Shown here piece after piece: positions 60,324 to 64,000 of a stretch of 64,000 nucleotides of DNA. The stretch is taken from contig OZ316892.1 in NCBI GenBank assembly GCA_973895155.1, positions 28,606,307 through 28,670,306 on the forward strand. Direction: 5' to 3'. The notes beneath the pieces were generated by a model. That model was not told the origin of the DNA, did not search any database, and was given only the letters and a program-made list of their open reading frames with translations. Source of the DNA: Marsupella aquatica. Taxonomy: Eukaryota > Plantae > Marchantiophyta. The translations under genes were made by a program, and so were the position numbers. Positions within the stretch are counted from its first letter, which is position 1. Every line of letters starts with the position of its first letter.

Positions 60324-61388
60324 CGCTTTGAGTACTTTGCCGTTACAGAGATACTGAAAATTTCAAATACGGTACTATGTGTAAACTTTCAGTCTATTCC
60401 ATGCATTTTCAGCTCACTTTTAGGTGCACGCAGTCTCCTTGAGGTAATTGAAATGTAGCTAATATTTTTAGCTAAATTTTATCATCATTAGAGTTTTCCG
60501 TAAAAGCAGCCCATGAAAAGACGGGCCACTCACCCTGTAATTCTAAAAGGCTAGTTACCCTGAAAGTAGAGCATGGACAGACTTTTTTGTCAAAACTCAA
60601 GGTGAAGTCCTACAGCTAATGATTTCTAGGGCGAGTCTCGACTCTCGTGAGCATTTTTGACATCCCTCACACTTTCCACAGTGTGAGCATTTCTGACATT
60701 GTACGCATGGTCCAGGCTGATGCTCTGTTGCACTCTTGCTTTGCTTTATGGTGGTTCTCTACTGTAGCTCTTCCAAATATTCTTCGTGTTATTCTTCTTG
60801 TTGCTATGCCAAATGTAAGATCTAATTGATGCTGCATGCTCCCACTTCCCTATGTACACTATTGCTCTGGCAGACCTGCCTAAACTTCCACGGTCCCACG
60901 CACTTGAGTTCCTTTGGTCCCATGTTAGTTGCTGCCCACATGAAGATTACAGGGTGACTTAGGCATTGCCACCCCTGAAGATCACTTTCCCGTTTTCACC
61001 CTGGATTTTACTCTGGTGTATTTGAGTACCGCTGCCAAACTCTAACTCACCCTGTGTAAATCATAAACCTATTTTTCACCCTGTGAACTCACCCCCTAAG
61101 TGTGCTTTTACGGAAAACTCTATTAGGTGTAAAATACTCAGTTTATGTGTCATAGTCCATGATGAGAGACAACCCTCCAGTCCATCTAGTCTTTGGTTTC
61201 TCTTTTCAATTGATTTCTCACCAATTAACATTCAAAGAATGTGCTTTCACGCTCATTTTTCCAATTGATGTCCCACCCCGCAAATTACTCCCTCTTGTAT
61301 GTCAGAGTAGCTGTCTCGTTTCGATTGCCTCGCTCCCACAAAGGGCTTCGTCATGTTTGTCGTCTCCCCCTTTCTCCAACATCATGTA

Positions 61389-62001
61389 CCCGGTCTGACC
61401 TTGCCCGTCAAACTGGCCGAATAACTCCGGCAAAACGACAACCCGGCACCCGGGTTTGGGATCAGTCCAGGCTGGGACTAGTTCGGGAGAGGTTCAGGCC
61501 GGGTTTGGGTCGGGTCTGGGCCGGGGTTGGGGGGGGGGGCGTGGGGGGGGGGGAGGGGGGGCGCTGGTCCATGGGGGGTTCGGGGGAGCCGAGTTCGGGA
61601 GAGGTCCGAGAAGTGTTTGGGGGAGTCCGGGAATTGTTCGGGGGGTCTGGGGGGAGGTCGAGAAGGGTCCGGGCTGAGTTCGGGAGAGGTCCTGGCTGGG
61701 GTCAGGGGGGGGGGGGGAGCTGGTCCGGGGGGGGGGGTCCGGGGAGGGTTCGGGGGAGTCGGTCCGGGTGGGGGGGGGCGGGCAGCCGCGTTCGGGGGAG
61801 CCAGTTTGGGAGAGGTCCGGGAAGTGTCCGGGGGAGTCCGGGAATTGTTGGGGGGGGGGGGAGTTCGGGAAGGGGTCAGGGGGGTTTGGGGGAGTTTGGG
61901 AGAATCTCGAGGAATCTATGTTAAATTTCTAGTTTTGGGATCATCATTTGAAGGTTTTACGTGCACGGCAAGACGTTAAATTGCCCGTCAGGTTAACCGG
62001 G
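61389..62001. mobile_element. G-rich hAT-like MITE related to 31714-32012
   Basis: Termini CCCGGTCTGACCT / AGGTTAACCGGG, flanked by TCATGTA / TCACGTA. Shares GAATCTC.AGGAAT, TTTACGTGC.CGG and TTGCCC.TCA subterminal blocks with the 31714 element. Confidence 0.65.
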
Positions 62002-63240
62002 TCACGTAGCTCCGGCTTGACGGCCTTTGCAGACTCGCGAAAGAACATCGGAATCGTCGACAGGACCTCGCTCTTCTCGTGAATTGAAATGGTGCTCCAG
62101 CTTAGCTTTCTCGGTAAGCATGGTGCAGTGCTTTTGTGACGTGGATTTTTGGTCTTCGAGTTTTGGTATTGTTGGTTGTAGGGCGTTAGTGGTAGGGTTG
62201 CAGACAAGAAGGGGAGTGGATTTCTTTTAGGCTATGGCGGAAGGGGTGGTGCTTTGGTAGTGATCGATTGGTTGGGCGTTTGTCCCCGACCTGGAGCCTT
62301 CATCTCAAACGTCTTATGTGGGCTTCGCACTCGCTCACTGTGTTTTACCAATCCCGCCTCTGTGTTGAATGAAGGGATTGACGGATTGACGGAAGGTTTG
62401 GCAATCTGTCAATGAAGTCGTTGGCAAGGCACGTCGCCCACGTCGGACCCTTTGCACCAACCTCACTGTGAAATCGTGTGCTCACACAAATGGGTCTCTG
62501 CTGAGGAGCCTCTGTGCAAATGTCCCCAACTGCGAAATCTCCCGCTGTCTTGCTCTTGTAGAAATCATGTGCTTCTCTTAGTTCTTGAGCGACTTCTGTT
62601 CTGAGCACATAGTTAATGTGTTCAGACTCATCTCCCTTCAATTTTCGCGAGGATTGTGGATGCTTTAGGCCATTTGGGTCAGATTATAACACCAGGATTA
62701 AAACACCCGATTGATTAGGAAAGGAGTAAACAATGCCGCTCTGAGAACCAGCTTCACATGTCTGGCTTCGAGTCCGTCGCATTTTTTCTGTACTACATCA
62801 AGGGGCAATGTTGCTCTTCAAACCTTTTTCTACACCTGGGGCTCGAATTCCCCATGTGAAATTTTTCAAGGATTGAGGCAGGGACTTACGTTAGAGTAGT
62901 CCTTCAACTTCGCTGCGCTGTGATTAATCTTCTCGGTTATGAGCTTAGATTTCAGTCCATGATGTGCTTTGACCCGAGTGGATATGGTACTGTCTATCAG
63001 CTATACGTCGTAGAGAGTCTCTGACCTAATTGCTCGTCCTGCACCTCCCACTTAGTGTGGTTTTTGAGCCCATAACTATTCCTCCACCAGCTTTGGAACA
63101 GGAGTGGGCTCCTGAAACCACTCCACCAATTGAGGCTGCCACATTTGAAACTTTTGGTCATCTGATTAGCGCCGTCTCCTCGGACGCAGTGGAGAATGCT
63201 TCCTCAAACTCAAAACATGTCAACTTTATAAAGTGTCTTG

Positions 63241-63752
63241 ATGATGGAGAAAGGTAGCAGTAAAGGAAGACAGAAAGTGCGCTTTGCTCCTCAGGAGTAT
63301 TTCTTGCCTCGCCGACCTCTTCACGTTTCCATAGTTGTGAATGGGGCCTGCATACTGGCTGGTTTGGGAGCTGGAATGTTGATAGAGAAGTGGATTTCTG
63401 CCAAAGTGAAAGGTGTGTTTCTCGTGATCCCGCACCATTTTCAAATTAAGTTCTATACTGCAATAAAGTCGAGGCCTCCAGCTTGGAAATAGAGGTACTC
63501 ATAACACTCTAGATTTTTTGGTTGCTTGTCTGCGGTTCCAATAATGTTTGTGAGCTTAGAATGAGGTGTAGGTGTACGTTTAGACATTAAGTCTCAGTGG
63601 GCTACTCATAATTATTTTCCTGATAAATGTTCTGGTTAGTCATCTGATCATATTTGCTGCCCTTGTCTACAGAGGATGGGGGTTACATTACCATAGGATC
63701 GAAAAAGGAGGAAGTTTCTGAAACCGTTGCTACTGCTCCTCTTCAGCAGTGA
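63241..63752 (+). CDS. Small conserved plant single-TM protein of unknown function, 2 exons, 83 aa
   Basis: Exon 1 63241-63412 (GT donor) and exon 2 63673-63752 (CAG acceptor) join in frame: ...QEYFLPRRPL...AGLGAGMLIEKWISAKVKEDGG.... From memory this resembles small angiosperm proteins with AGIGAGM..E.WI.KKVKEDGG. Confidence 0.75.
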
Positions 63753-64000
63753 ACATATACTTCTATAGATTCCTTAGTTACAATCATATTTAGCGAGGTA
63801 CTGAACCTCGTTATTGGCAGAGGACTCTATAGTAGCTTTTGGTATAGATTACTTTGTATGTGAAGCATAAAGGGGGCACCTATGACAGCTCGAAACAGGG
63901 CAGGTCAAATCCTTTGATGGGCTCAATTTACATTGACTGATTTATCTGATTTGTGGAACTTACTCTGCTCACTCATATCGGGCCCGACTAATCAGATGAT

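Noticed and set aside
61241-61979. Gly-rich ORFs of 150-227 aa
   Set aside because: Artefact of the G-rich MITE core, which is stop-poor in all + frames.
62345-62641. 98-aa minus-strand ORF as a gene
   Set aside because: No recognisable domain and no supportable exon structure.

Overview
Eukaryotic nuclear DNA from a land plant, most likely a bryophyte (moss-like). This is an inference from the spliceosomal GT-AG introns, the style of the PLS-DYW PPR repeats and the bryophyte-type Gag sequence. Five host genes are supported: a 9-exon TM9SF/EMP70 gene (9009-12903 +), an intronless signal-peptide/TM-anchored GBP-atlastin-family GTPase with altered G1/G4 motifs (14595-17552 -), a 2-exon thioredoxin-like gene (28224-29747 -), a 2-exon PLS-E-DYW RNA-editing PPR gene (34692-38390 -) and a small 2-exon membrane protein gene (63241-63752 +). 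Between them lie a PIF/Harbinger element (intact Myb/SANT ORF plus decayed transposase), part of which is duplicated next to the thioredoxin gene, and a nested transposon stack at 40.4-53.7 kb. In the stack, a Ty1/Copia element is interrupted by a 12-bp-TSD MITE, which is itself interrupted by a TA-TSD pogo-like DD36D element carrying extra ORF(s). The Copia is then cut by a CACTA/EnSpm element. Just upstream of the CACTA transposase, and co-oriented with it, is an open SET-domain methyltransferase ORF joined to a PBS-Gag fragment. This TE-borne SET domain is the most interesting candidate system. All calls are by eye with no database searches, and coordinates of degenerate repeats are approximate.
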